From: Candidatus Woesearchaeota archaeon
GTDB lineage: Archaea; Nanobdellota; Nanobdellia; Woesearchaeales; JAZDKJ01
Assembly: GCA_043803105.1 (NCBI GenBank)
Contig: JAZDKJ010000002.1
Span: forward strand, 32,001 to 96,000
Direction: 5' to 3'
DNA length: 64,000 bases
Below are positions 38,681 to 48,700 of the stretch, piece by piece (within the stretch, counting starts at the first letter, position 1; each line of letters begins with the position of its first letter). Under the pieces are notes generated by a model. That model saw only the letters and a program-made list of their open reading frames with translations, made no database searches and had not been told where the DNA came from. The position numbers and the translations under genes are program-made.

Positions 38681-39316
38681 ATGAAACATGTTGTTATTGC
38701 CATTGCAAGTAATCACATGGACTCCCTTTTTATAGGGATCCGAGAGTTTCCCACCGAAAGGATCATTCTTCTGGCGCTAGAGCATGATATTGACACAGCT
38801 CATAAAGCTATTGAGGATATAAAGAAATTCAATATCCCAGTGAGGATTGTGGAGCTCAAGGGTGATATCTGGCTTGAGTGCTTTAGGGCCGTGGCAGAAA
38901 TAAAGAAGTTCGAGGATGAGGACAAGCTTCTTATTAACGTTGCCACTGTTGACTGTCCGCTTGGATGCGCTCTTACAAGCGCTGCCTTTGTGAATGGCAT
39001 TAAGGCCTTCACCATAGTCAATAATGAGGTGGTTTTCCTGCCAATCCTTAAGTTCTCGTATTATAAGATGCTCACTGACAGGAAGATGGAGATCTTGAAG
39101 ACAATTTATAGGAAGCAGACCTGCTGTGCCTCGCTTGAAGAACTTGGCAGGGAGCTGAAGATGAGCCTTCCTCTCGTTTCCTATCATATAAACGGCACTC
39201 CTAAAAGCGACGGCTTGAAAAAACTTGGCCTTATTGAAACCACTGAGAAGAAAGGCAGGATTGATGTCAAGCTCAGTACTATGGGGAGGCTCATTGTCAA
39301 GGGCTACGTTGACTAG
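38681..39316 (+). CDS. DUF6293/Csa3-like Rossmann (CARF-like) + winged-HTH regulator
   Basis: N-terminal beta-alpha domain, INVAT, C-terminal SLEELG..MSLPLVSYHI..LKKLGLI..LSTMG. Confidence 0.75.
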   Translation: MKHVVIAIASNHMDSLFIGIREFPTERIILLALEHDIDTAHKAIEDIKKFNIPVRIVELKGDIWLECFRAVAEIKKFEDEDKLLINVATVDCPLGCALTSAAFVNGIKAFTIVNNEVVFLPILKFSYYKMLTDRKMEILKTIYRKQTCCASLEELGRELKMSLPLVSYHINGTPKSDGLKKLGLIETTEKKGRIDVKLSTMGRLIVKGYVD

Positions 39317-39339
39317 AGAAACCATATTCTGCGTTTACA

Positions 39340-39780
39340 ATGATTAATTTCTCCGATGGCATTAATAATCTGCTTGCAAGGTTGCTTCCAAGACCCCAGC
39401 CTGTACGCAGTATTCTCTTAAAGCAATCTGTCGTCTTAGACATCATTCAATTTGCAAAATCTAACTTTCCAAAGGAGTTCGTCGCTGTCTTGCAGGGCAG
39501 GATTGTTCAAGGCACTGTGACTGTCACAGGCATTATTTATCAACCATATGTCTCAGCCAGGTCAACTGCTATTATGCAGATGAACCTTCCGATGCTATCT
39601 GATTCTGTGGGCTCTGTTCATAGCCACCCTTCAGCATCAAACCAGCCCTCTGACCAGGACCTGCAGTTTTTTGGCAAAAGAGGCATTGTCAATCTGATAA
39701 TTGCTTATCCTTTTAACCCAAATACCCTTGCCTGTTATGATCGGTACGGGAATAGGATGGATTTCTCAATTGTCTCTTAG
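39340..39780 (+). CDS. JAB/MPN+ (JAMM) metalloprotease
   Basis: PKEF, GSVHSHP-x5-PSDQD. Confidence 0.88.
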   Translation: MINFSDGINNLLARLLPRPQPVRSILLKQSVVLDIIQFAKSNFPKEFVAVLQGRIVQGTVTVTGIIYQPYVSARSTAIMQMNLPMLSDSVGSVHSHPSASNQPSDQDLQFFGKRGIVNLIIAYPFNPNTLACYDRYGNRMDFSIVS

Positions 39781-40515
39781 GGCAGAGGCGAGGTACAGGC
39801 GTGAGAGAGTGAGCAGTGGCAGCACAATAACCAACTGTATTATGAAGGTGGTTGCGCCGCTTGCTCTCCCGAGCACGAGCGATATAAGCAAGAATGCAGC
39901 GGCAATCAGGGCATAATGAGGGATTATGCCTATTATGTTTCTTTTCGAAAATGTCCCCCTCATTGTTTTCTTGAATGACTTTTCGGTTTTGATGTACGAA
40001 ATGCCTGCAAAGAAGATAATCACAAGAAGGTAGATGAAAAGAAAAGTATTTGCAGTTGTCTGTGCCTGTTTTGTTATCGTCTCTCTGATGCTCACAAGAA
40101 GACCTGCAAGACTGTAAATCGTATAATTGATTCCCCAAACCAGGCTGGTCAGAGTAAATGCTATCATGTAAGAAGAGTAGTTCTCTCTCTTGACAAGCTG
40201 TCTGCACAGCCACCAGGCTGTTCCCTGGAATATTGTGTATAGGAGGAATAGGATTATGATTGCTGCAACTATCAGCATCACAAGCAGTGGAAAATACTCT
40301 GATTGGAATCCCAGGTTGTGTATCATGTCCACTCCGCTTGCTGACAAGTATTCCACTATCTTTGCAATTAACCCAGATTGGACAAAACCTAAGAGAAAGA
40401 AAAAGACTGCGTCCACCGCGATTGGAGCAATCAGCCTTGTGCCTTGCTGCCTCACGATAGCTGAGGTATACAATATGCTCGAGATGATCTCATTTTGCAG
40501 ACTTCGCAAGCTCAC
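39766..40515 (-). CDS. hypothetical multi-pass membrane protein
   Basis: About 6 hydrophobic helices; overlaps end of dsbA-like gene. Confidence 0.7.
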   Translation of the reverse strand: MSLRSLQNEIISSILYTSAIVRQQGTRLIAPIAVDAVFFFLLGFVQSGLIAKIVEYLSASGVDMIHNLGFQSEYFPLLVMLIVAAIIILFLLYTIFQGTAWWLCRQLVKRENYSSYMIAFTLTSLVWGINYTIYSLAGLLVSIRETITKQAQTTANTFLFIYLLVIIFFAGISYIKTEKSFKKTMRGTFSKRNIIGIIPHYALIAAAFLLISLVLGRASGATTFIIQLVIVLPLLTLSRLYLASALRDN

Positions 40516-41110
40516 TCTCTATCACCTGTTGGAAGTCTGTTGTCGGCTGCGCACCCACTATCTGCTTGTCATTCACAAAGAATGTTGGGGTGCCTTGCAC
40601 TCCTAGGCTTACGCCTTCCCTGTAGTCTGCCTGTACCACATCTGATTTCTCGCCGCTGTCAAGGCAGCCGTCAAACCTTGACGCATTAAGTTCCAGATCT
40701 TGCGCAAATTGCTTGAGCCTCTCTACCCCCAGGTTGTTCTGGTTCTCGAACAGCAGGTAGCTGTACTCCCAGAATTTTCCCTGGTCTCTTGCGCATTCGC
40801 TTGCCTCAGCAGCCTTTTCAGAGCCTTGATGGATTGGGAAATGCTTGAACTCGAAATTGATTCTTCCTGCATATATCCCTTGCAGTTCTCTTATAGTCTC
40901 CGATGCTCTTGAACAATATGGGCACTCAAAGTCTGAGAATTCTGTTAATGTTACTCCTCCCTCGACATAGGTCATATTAACGATAGGTACAGCGTTAGGA
41001 AGGCTTGGTGTGGGGAAGAACCTTCCAATGTTAAGCACAAAGAGCACTATTCCACTAACCACTATCAGTTCTATAATGATTACAAAGGCATCTTTTGTCT
41101 TGTTGTTCAT
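40490..41110 (-). CDS. DsbA-family thioredoxin-fold oxidoreductase, membrane anchored
   Basis: EFSDFECPYC, HFP, GVQGTPTFFVN. Confidence 0.92.
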   Translation of the reverse strand: MNNKTKDAFVIIIELIVVSGIVLFVLNIGRFFPTPSLPNAVPIVNMTYVEGGVTLTEFSDFECPYCSRASETIRELQGIYAGRINFEFKHFPIHQGSEKAAEASECARDQGKFWEYSYLLFENQNNLGVERLKQFAQDLELNASRFDGCLDSGEKSDVVQADYREGVSLGVQGTPTFFVNDKQIVGAQPTTDFQQVIESELAKSAK

Positions 41111-41128
41111 AATAAGAAAAAAAAATAT

Positions 41129-42802
41129 TTAGCCTCCGCAGTTTCCTGCAGCAGCTGTTGCGCTTGTACCGGTTAGGGTTTGCTCACAACCCGCCAATCC
41201 AGGATTGGCCTGGCAATAGTTAGTCTTCACAGTCTCAGCGTCTATTCCAGAGAATTGCACCTTGTTGTTTGCCATCCAGGTTGGGCTTGCTCCTATCTGC
41301 AACTCATTCGTGAGCTTTAAGTTCTCTGTGAGAAGTGTCTTGCCCTCAGCTCCTTCTGCACAGGTCTTTATCTGGCTTGGTGACATTCCGGCGCTTGTTG
41401 CGCAGCTCTGCCAGTCTACGTTCTTTATGTCCTTGTTCCTGCACCAGATATAATCCATATACTTGTAGTCCTTTGGATAGTATTTGATTGCGCAGACTTC
41501 TCTAAGGTCTTCGTCAACCTCTCCCTGTCCGTGAAGGCTGCTGAATGTTCCATCTGCTTGCAGGTCCGCAATGTAGTGTAGTGAGAAATCCATATTTCCC
41601 TTGAAAGCGGTTAGCACTTCCTTCATTGCATCCATTGCCTGTAATCCGTACGGGCACTGGCTCATCACGAAAAGGTCAAGCTTTTTTGGTGCATTTGCCC
41701 TGCACAGCATGTTGCCTTTGCACCCTGTGTCCTTGCAGTCTATTTGCCCGTTGCCGTCATCATCAATGCCGTTGTCGCAGATCTCTGCTTTCGGGTCAAA
41801 TGAAGAGCCTATCCTTAGATTCTGGTAATCTCCGACAGTCTCTAAGTAGCTTTGTACAGTTGCATATCCTTCGCCTTTCTGTACAGTGCTGTCAAACAGT
41901 ATTGCAGGCAATAGCTGCAGCTTCAAGTCACCGTAAAGCTTTTTTCCTTGGGCGTCGGCATAGTCCATTTCCTGCACCTGTAGCCCTGGGAAAAGGCTCT
42001 TGAGCTGTGCCACTAATCCTGTTGTGTCGCAGTCCTTGCACCTCTTGTCATTTAGTATGATCGCGTTCACCTTTACAGGTGCCGGTATGTTGCTGCATGC
42101 TGCTGGCTTTGTCGCAAATTCATTGCAAAGAGCCCTTAAAAAGTCGTTGCCCTGCCTTCCGCCGCTGTATGGCTTGTCGTTTACATATATGGTTGGGCTT
42201 CCTGTCGCTCCGACCTTGTTTGTGTTCTGGATGCTTGCTGTAAGAAGCTGTTTTCCCTCTGCTCCTTCAAAGCAGGTCTTTATCTTGTCAACAGCCATTC
42301 CTGCATCCTTTGCGCACTGCTCCCAGTTTGTTGCAACCTGCTGCGCATCCTTGTTCTGGCATACTATCATGTCCATGTATTTTTGTGGCTCATGCTTTGC
42401 AGCACAAAGTTGCACAATATCGCCCTTCACTTCGTTGTCTCCATGCATTGAGCTGAATGTTCCATCGCCCTTGTCAGTAGCTATGAAATTAAGGTTAAAC
42501 TCAACGTTTGAACCTAGTTGGTCAAGCGTAGGCTTTACCGCATCCACAACCTGGGTTCCAAACGGGCATTGGCTCATGACATAGAAGTCTAGCTTTACAG
42601 TTTCTCCTGAGCTTGCCGTAGGTGTTTTAATATCTGTTGGCTTTGGCTCAAATCTGAATCCATGCGTAAATATTGAAATAACCAAAAGAACAGCAAGAAC
42701 ACCGCTTGTTGCCATCCACATTGTCGATTTTTTTATGTGCACTTTCTTGTGCTTATGCTCTGCAAGTTTATGCTCCTCAATTTTGTGTTTATGTTCGTCC
42801 AT
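41129..42802 (-). CDS. membrane-anchored protein with tandem GILT/DsbA-like thioredoxin domains
   Basis: Two VMSQCP(F/Y)G...FSS(M/L)HG..EV...SPT repeats, central CKDC, EICDNGIDDDGNGQIDC motif; GGAGG RBS. Confidence 0.8.
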   Translation of the reverse strand: MDEHKHKIEEHKLAEHKHKKVHIKKSTMWMATSGVLAVLLVISIFTHGFRFEPKPTDIKTPTASSGETVKLDFYVMSQCPFGTQVVDAVKPTLDQLGSNVEFNLNFIATDKGDGTFSSMHGDNEVKGDIVQLCAAKHEPQKYMDMIVCQNKDAQQVATNWEQCAKDAGMAVDKIKTCFEGAEGKQLLTASIQNTNKVGATGSPTIYVNDKPYSGGRQGNDFLRALCNEFATKPAACSNIPAPVKVNAIILNDKRCKDCDTTGLVAQLKSLFPGLQVQEMDYADAQGKKLYGDLKLQLLPAILFDSTVQKGEGYATVQSYLETVGDYQNLRIGSSFDPKAEICDNGIDDDGNGQIDCKDTGCKGNMLCRANAPKKLDLFVMSQCPYGLQAMDAMKEVLTAFKGNMDFSLHYIADLQADGTFSSLHGQGEVDEDLREVCAIKYYPKDYKYMDYIWCRNKDIKNVDWQSCATSAGMSPSQIKTCAEGAEGKTLLTENLKLTNELQIGASPTWMANNKVQFSGIDAETVKTNYCQANPGLAGCEQTLTGTSATAAAGNCGG

Positions 42803-42939
42803 TTTAGCCTCCTGTGGTACATTAATTAAAACAAGTGACGAAAGTCCCCCTCATTCTCAGAATATATAGGGGGTTATTAAAACTTTCGGATGTTCTTGAC
42901 GACGGCAAAGTAGTCAGGTTGCGGTGGTAAAACTTTGTT

Positions 42940-43068
42940 GCATGATAAAAATCGTCGGCCACTCTGTGCCCTGAAGGGCACAGTTTCTTGCGTACGATTT
43001 TTAGCATGCCAGAGACGAGCCTGTATCTACAAGCCAAAGCAAATAGTTTCAGACTCGTCTCTTAGCAT
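42940..43068. repeat. two adjacent long imperfect hairpins, one nested
   Basis: TAAAAATCGT/ACGATTTTTA enclosing CTGTGCCC-TGAA-GGGCACAG; then AGAGACGAG/CTCGTCTCT. Confidence 0.75.
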
Positions 43069-43106
43069 AAACAAATTTTATATATTACCACTTCATCCCT
43101 GAGCTT

Positions 43107-43295
43107 ATGGTCCTTAAGAATTGTACTTTTTGCAAGAACAAGGTGCCAGTTGGCGGCCAATGCAATAAGTGTGGCTTTATCGACGGGTTATCAAGAAAGC
43201 CTGCAGATGAAGAGTATGCCAAGGCACGCGAGATGAACAAGAGGAACAACTACAAGCAGTTTGTGAATCTTGATATGCTCCTTCTTGACGATTGA
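43107..43295 (+). CDS. small zinc-finger protein
   Basis: CTFC...CNKC; TATA upstream. Confidence 0.7.
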   Translation: MVLKNCTFCKNKVPVGGQCNKCGFIDGLSRKPADEEYAKAREMNKRNNYKQFVNLDMLLLDD

Positions 43296-43405
43296 TTACG
43301 CAGGTCATCTTCCGTGATTCTTTTCTTCCTCACGTGATTTTGCCCTTTTTTTGGCAGAAACCCATTTTAACCCTGCTTTCTGACTCTCGGTTGAGGTGTT
43401 TTCAA

Positions 43406-43585
43406 ATGGAACTAAGTGAAAAAAAGCTTGAACAGTTGAACAAGCAGCCGATTGTTGAGACAAATATCAAGAAGTCTGAAGACGGCAAATGGGTCATTCA
43501 CAAGACAACGATAACTGACATTAAGCCAGTGTCTTATTTTGAAAAGGTGCTTGCCCCAAAGCAGCCTTATAGCGAATCTCATTAA
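43406..43585 (+). CDS. small hypothetical protein (59 aa)
   Basis: GAGGTG RBS before ATG 43406; SEDGKWVIHKTTITDIKPVSYFEKVL. Confidence 0.7.
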   Translation: MELSEKKLEQLNKQPIVETNIKKSEDGKWVIHKTTITDIKPVSYFEKVLAPKQPYSESH

Positions 43586-43660
43586 TTATTGAACAATTGT
43601 GAGATTCGCTAGAATAGCAAATTGCATGCCAAAAAGTTCCATTATTTATACGATTTGCTA

Positions 43661-44245
43661 TTAGTAGGAATCTGGTGGCACAGAGTCGCACTTGGTATCA
43701 ACAAACACAAAATTGTTGTTACTAGCGACCCTCTTATAGTTGCAGCAGAGTTTCATTGTGCCACAGCTCTTGTCTAGCTTGATGCTTGTGTCATATTGGC
43801 AGGATTCATATACAACCATTGTCAGGTTGCCAATATAGGTTGAGCTGTCTTTCTTGAGCTTGAACTTGTAGTCCTCTACCCTGCCTATCTCTATTGTCCA
43901 GAGCCTGCTTGCTGCGTTTGTGAATTCATCCTGCGTTCCTTCTACACGCATCCTTACCTTGTCAGAATAAGCCGTAACCGCAACATCACCGTTCGCCTTG
44001 CCTATGTTCTTGTACTTGACATTGAAGTTTGCATTTAGGCTGTTCCCGAAATTTATCGTTTTAGGGCAGGTTTCCGGGAATTGCGTTGATTGTATCTCGT
44101 ACGCAATCCTAGGGCTGTTTTGGTATTCCCGTATTGGGTATTCAAAGACCAGAACAAGTAATCCCACCACAAGCCCGATTGCTACCCCAGAAATGCTTCC
44201 AATGAGTATGCTCGATTTGTGGTGAATGCTTTTCCTGCGACCCAT
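43661..44245 (-). CDS. hypothetical membrane-anchored extracellular protein, Ig-like and Cys-containing
   Basis: N-terminal TM, beta-rich body with YKNIG motif. Confidence 0.7.
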   Translation of the reverse strand: MGRRKSIHHKSSILIGSISGVAIGLVVGLLVLVFEYPIREYQNSPRIAYEIQSTQFPETCPKTINFGNSLNANFNVKYKNIGKANGDVAVTAYSDKVRMRVEGTQDEFTNAASRLWTIEIGRVEDYKFKLKKDSSTYIGNLTMVVYESCQYDTSIKLDKSCGTMKLCCNYKRVASNNNFVFVDTKCDSVPPDSY

Positions 44246-44404
44246 TAAACAACCCCTGGAGTGTGGTACACTCTATATTATTTGTTACTTTACAATACTA
44301 AAGAACAGTAACTACTATAAAAAGATTACTAAATGTCTTTCTGTCAGTGCTTCCACCACAATCTATTTAAACCGCCTGTTCAACCTTGCAAAAGGTGATA
44401 TTTG

Positions 44405-45667
44405 ATGGACAAAGGATCTTCTTATGAGGTAAAGGATATCAGGCTTGCAGATCAGGGAAAGCTTAACATTGAATGGGCAGAGATGCAGATGTCTGCGCTG
44501 ATGAAAGTCAAGGCTCGCTTTGAAAGGGAAAAACCCCTGAAAGGCATCCGCATTGGCATTGCTTTGCACGTTACAAAAGAGACTGCTGTTTTGGTGAAGA
44601 CTCTCATGGCCGCTGGTGCAGATGTCGCTATTACCGGCTGCAACCCCTTGAGCACGCAAGATGACGTTGCTGCAGCTCTTGCAATGGAAGGCATAAAGGT
44701 CTGGGCTTACAAAGGTGAGTCCAAAGAAGACTATTACCGGTATCTGAATAATGTCATTGCCACAAAGCCTCAGATAACGATTGACGACGGCTGTGACCTT
44801 GTTTCAGAGATTCATCTCAAGCATACAGAGCTTATCCCTGACATTCTGGGTGGCTGCGAGGAGACAACCACTGGTGTTATCCGCCTTAGGGCTATGGAAA
44901 AGGATAATGCCATGAAATATCCTATGGTTGCGGTCAATGAGTCTGCAACAAAGCACCTGATGGATAATGTCAAGGGCACAGGCCAGAGCACTATTGACGG
45001 CATTTTGCGCGCAACCAATATTTTGTTTGCAGGCAAGACCATTGTTGTAACCGGCTATGGTGATTGCGGCAAGGGAGTTGCGAAGCGTGCTCTTGGGATG
45101 GATGCAAATATTGTTGTTACCGAGACTGATCAGTTTAGGGCGCTTCAAGCTGCCATGGACGGCTTTAGGGTGATGCCCATCAAGGATGCTGCCCTTATTG
45201 GCGATGTTTTCGTCACAGTTACTGGCAACAAGAATGTCATTGATGTCGAGCACATGAGATTGATGAAAGATGGGGTAATACTATGCAATTCAGGCCACTT
45301 TGATGCAGAGGTGAACATCAATGGCTTAAGAAAGATTGCATCAAGGGTGAGGCGAATCCGTCCATTTATGGATGAGTTCTTGGTTGACGGCAAGAGGATT
45401 TTTGTGTTGGGCGAAGGCCGCCTGATAAACCTTGCAGCTGCTGAAGGCCATCCGTCTGCGATAATGGCTATGTCTTTTATCAACCAGTCTTTTGCTGCAG
45501 AATTCCTGGTCAAGAACAAGGGAAAGCTCTCGCCAAAGGTGTATGTGCTTCCAAAGGAGAAGGATGCGGAGATAGCAAGCCTTCAGCTCGAGGCCTTGGG
45601 AATAAAGATTGACACGCTTACCCCTGAGCAGCAGAAATATCTTGCGTCCTGGAAGGAAGGCACTTAA
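44405..45667 (+). CDS. ahcY: adenosylhomocysteinase
   Basis: CNPLSTQD, DDGCD, EETTTG, GYGDCGKG, GRLINL..AEGHP. Confidence 0.97.
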   Translation: MDKGSSYEVKDIRLADQGKLNIEWAEMQMSALMKVKARFEREKPLKGIRIGIALHVTKETAVLVKTLMAAGADVAITGCNPLSTQDDVAAALAMEGIKVWAYKGESKEDYYRYLNNVIATKPQITIDDGCDLVSEIHLKHTELIPDILGGCEETTTGVIRLRAMEKDNAMKYPMVAVNESATKHLMDNVKGTGQSTIDGILRATNILFAGKTIVVTGYGDCGKGVAKRALGMDANIVVTETDQFRALQAAMDGFRVMPIKDAALIGDVFVTVTGNKNVIDVEHMRLMKDGVILCNSGHFDAEVNINGLRKIASRVRRIRPFMDEFLVDGKRIFVLGEGRLINLAAAEGHPSAIMAMSFINQSFAAEFLVKNKGKLSPKVYVLPKEKDAEIASLQLEALGIKIDTLTPEQQKYLASWKEGT

Positions 45668-45703
45668 GCAAAGGAAAAAAATATTAAGTAAATCAAAAAA
45701 AAA

Positions 45704-48700
45704 TTATTTCTTTTTCAGCATCTTGCGTATCTTCTCTTCAGGCCAGTCAGCCCTTCTCAACTCGTCTGCAATCTGGAAGTCGTGCTTTCCTGCCTTTCTG
45801 GCTTTTTCCACGAATGCCTTGGCCTCCCTTTCTATCCTGGGAATCTTCCTGGTCTTGAAAAGTAGATAACCTGCTAAGGCCAATACTGCGGCAACCGCCA
45901 GGATAAGCAATACTGTGCCTGGCATTTTGGTCTTTGGCTTAGTGACTGGCTGCGCTTCTGGCACAGGTGTTGTCTCTTCTGTCGGCTGTGCTGTGGCCTC
46001 ACCTGTGGCTGCAGGCGGTGTTGTTTCATTGCTCGGTGCTGCAGGCTGTTGCGCCGCTGCCTCCTCTGCTTTTAGCCCTATTACAAAATAGCTGAATCCT
46101 GGAGTTTGTGCCTTGAAGCTCACATCCTTTGTTCCTGTCGCAGCAATTTGAGTGGCAAGCTCTACCCAGGCTCCATTTACGTATCTCTTCAATCGTACAT
46201 CCTCTGCCTTTGCGTTGGTTAGCCATTCGACAGGCACATTGAATTGTACCTCTATTCCGCTCAAGACTTCTTCCTTGATATTTGTCAGAGTTATTTGCAG
46301 GTACTTGTAGACAGCACCGCTTGGCTCAGCCACATCGGTTGGCTTGCCTGTAAATCTTTGCACCTGGATGCTTGCCTTTCTTGTGTTGTTTGACACCTGG
46401 AAGACTACCTTCTTGATGCCATATGCCGCAGACGCAATGCTCATACTGTTCTGTCCTTGTCGTAGTATGTCCCAGTACTTTGAGATTGTCGTCAGGCTTT
46501 TGGCAATTCCGCCGCCTCCTCCGCCTGAGCTTGGTGGTGTCTGGGTTACAGCTGTTGCCTCTGTTGTGAACTGTTGCTTGCTTGTGTTGCAGTTGCCTGT
46601 CCTATCGCAGTACTTGTATGTGTAGTTGTAGGTTGTCTCGTCGCTTAAGGTGGTGAGGCTTATCGTGTGTTCTGTCTGGAAGCTTGAGCTGCTTGTGTTC
46701 GTGATCGCTTTTGTGGAAGACAGATAATATCCCACTGTGTAGTTGAATGCCTCATAGCTTTCTCCTGTCAAGGCTATGCTTGCTGCTGTGTCAGCGGCAG
46801 TGACAGTGGTGCTCACGTCAGGTATTGTGATATCATTCACCAAGAACTGCGTTCTTGAGCTGGACCTATTGCCGTTGCCTAGCGAAGCACAGCTGATGCT
46901 GATATTATATTTGGTTTCATTTGTAAGGTTAAGGAACCAGCTCTCGCCTGCATAGGAAATGCTGAAGCTGTAGTTCGTTGTCCCTTGGCTCAGGCTTGGG
47001 GTTGTGCCAGAACGCGTCAGGGTTAAAGCTCCCTTGGACAGGTTGTACCAGCAGCTGCTTGCATTAAGGTTTAGGTCATATATCATTCCACTGAAGGTCA
47101 GCTTTGAGTCTGTTATTGTTGCTGCTGGCAGTGTTATTGAATAGCTCGGCGCATTGTTCGGATTCGCCAAACCTGCTCCTGAAAGGTGAGGCACCCAGAC
47201 TTTGGTCCATGTGCTGCTGTTTGTGTAACAAGCGTTCGCAGCGCTTGGAGTTGTTGTCGGCCTGGCATTTCCTGCGCAGTTGCCCAGCACATAAACCTGC
47301 GTGCCAAAATCATCACCGATAAAGATGACATAATTTGTTCCAAGGGCCCTTTGTATGTGCACCTGGACCCATTGCGCGTGCCCGCTGGCGTTCTTGTAGT
47401 TGCTGTCATTAATCATATAGCTCATGTTCTGGTACATTACGAATGCGTTTAATTTTGCACCGCCTACCTTGGCCGCAATTGCGCTTGCGATTATGCTTGT
47501 AAGGTTGACAGTTAACTTGGGCTTGTGCGCATTGCCGATGGCTATGTTGGTGCCGTACACTGTGATGTTGATAGTCGAGTTGACGCCACCTGTTGTTGAA
47601 TTTGCCACTATGACCTCACGTATGGTCCTGTTGAAGTAAAGCTGTCCTGTTGCCAGGCTGCCGTTTTCAAGGTAAATCTCGACTTCCTTCGCATCACCCC
47701 TCTCCATTGATCCAGTGAAGTTTGTGAGGTTTACTCTCGCCAGGACATAGAATGCGCCGACTGAAACGCTGTTGCTGTTCTTTGATGTGTCATTGGCGTA
47801 TATTATCAGGCTGTGCGTTCCTGCACTTAGGTTTGCACGTTCAGTGATAGTGGTGTTCCTCCTGGAGTGGTTCAGGTAATATTTTGTTGCCTGGCCGTCA
47901 AGCTTGAACCATGCCTGTGACATTCCAGCTGTGCTGTCATTGATTGAGTATTTCAAGACTATGGTGGATGCTGCAGTGCTGACTGTTGTGGTTGGCACAT
48001 ATTGCCCGGAAATTGCGGGTGCCACATTATCATACAGGAAGCTCACTGTCGCGGTTGCATTGTTGTCTGCCTTGTCCGTGAGATTTATCTTGAGGTTGTG
48101 CGCTCCCTGGCTCATGACTGCATTGAATGCGCACCTTAGCTTGGTGTTGTTGCCTGTACAATAGCCGATGCTGTAGTTGCTCACTCCAGTTCCAGTTACC
48201 ATGATCGATGAGTTTCTCATCGCCATGTTGTCTGTTATCGTGAAGTTCACAAGCCTTGATGAAATATTGGTGTGGTTAGTCAGCGAATGGATGGTTATCT
48301 TCGGTGCAACATCGTCAATTGCTAGTGTCATGCTTACTGTGCTGTTCGTGTTTCCGAGCTTGTCCACTGCAGATATGTACAGGCTGCATGAGGTATTGCC
48401 TAGGCACCCCTTGAAGTCTGCTGTCAACGGTACCAGCCAGGTGTCGCCGTAGATGTTGGTTAGGTCTGTGCCATTGATTTTGACTGTGCTTATGTTTGCG
48501 TCATTTACGTGAACTATGAAGATGTTGTCCCTGTAGCTCCTCACATACCTGTCAGCATCATCAATGCTGAAGTTTGTCACCCTTGGCTTAAGGTCGTCGA
48601 TGATGATGTTCAGCCTTACACTATTGTTTGTATTGCCTATGCTGTCAGTTGCAATTATGTTGAAGCTGCACACATTTTCTGCGTTTGAGCATCCGAGCGC

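Noticed and set aside
42836-42890. GAAAGTCCCC...AGGGGGTTA resembling RNase P RNA P4 strands
   Set aside because: The two motifs are only ~20 nt apart and overlap the promoter of the minus-strand gene
42940-43068. SRP RNA or integron attC sites
   Set aside because: No SRP helix-8 motif; no RYYYAAC/GTTRRRY ends and no cassette ORFs between the hairpins
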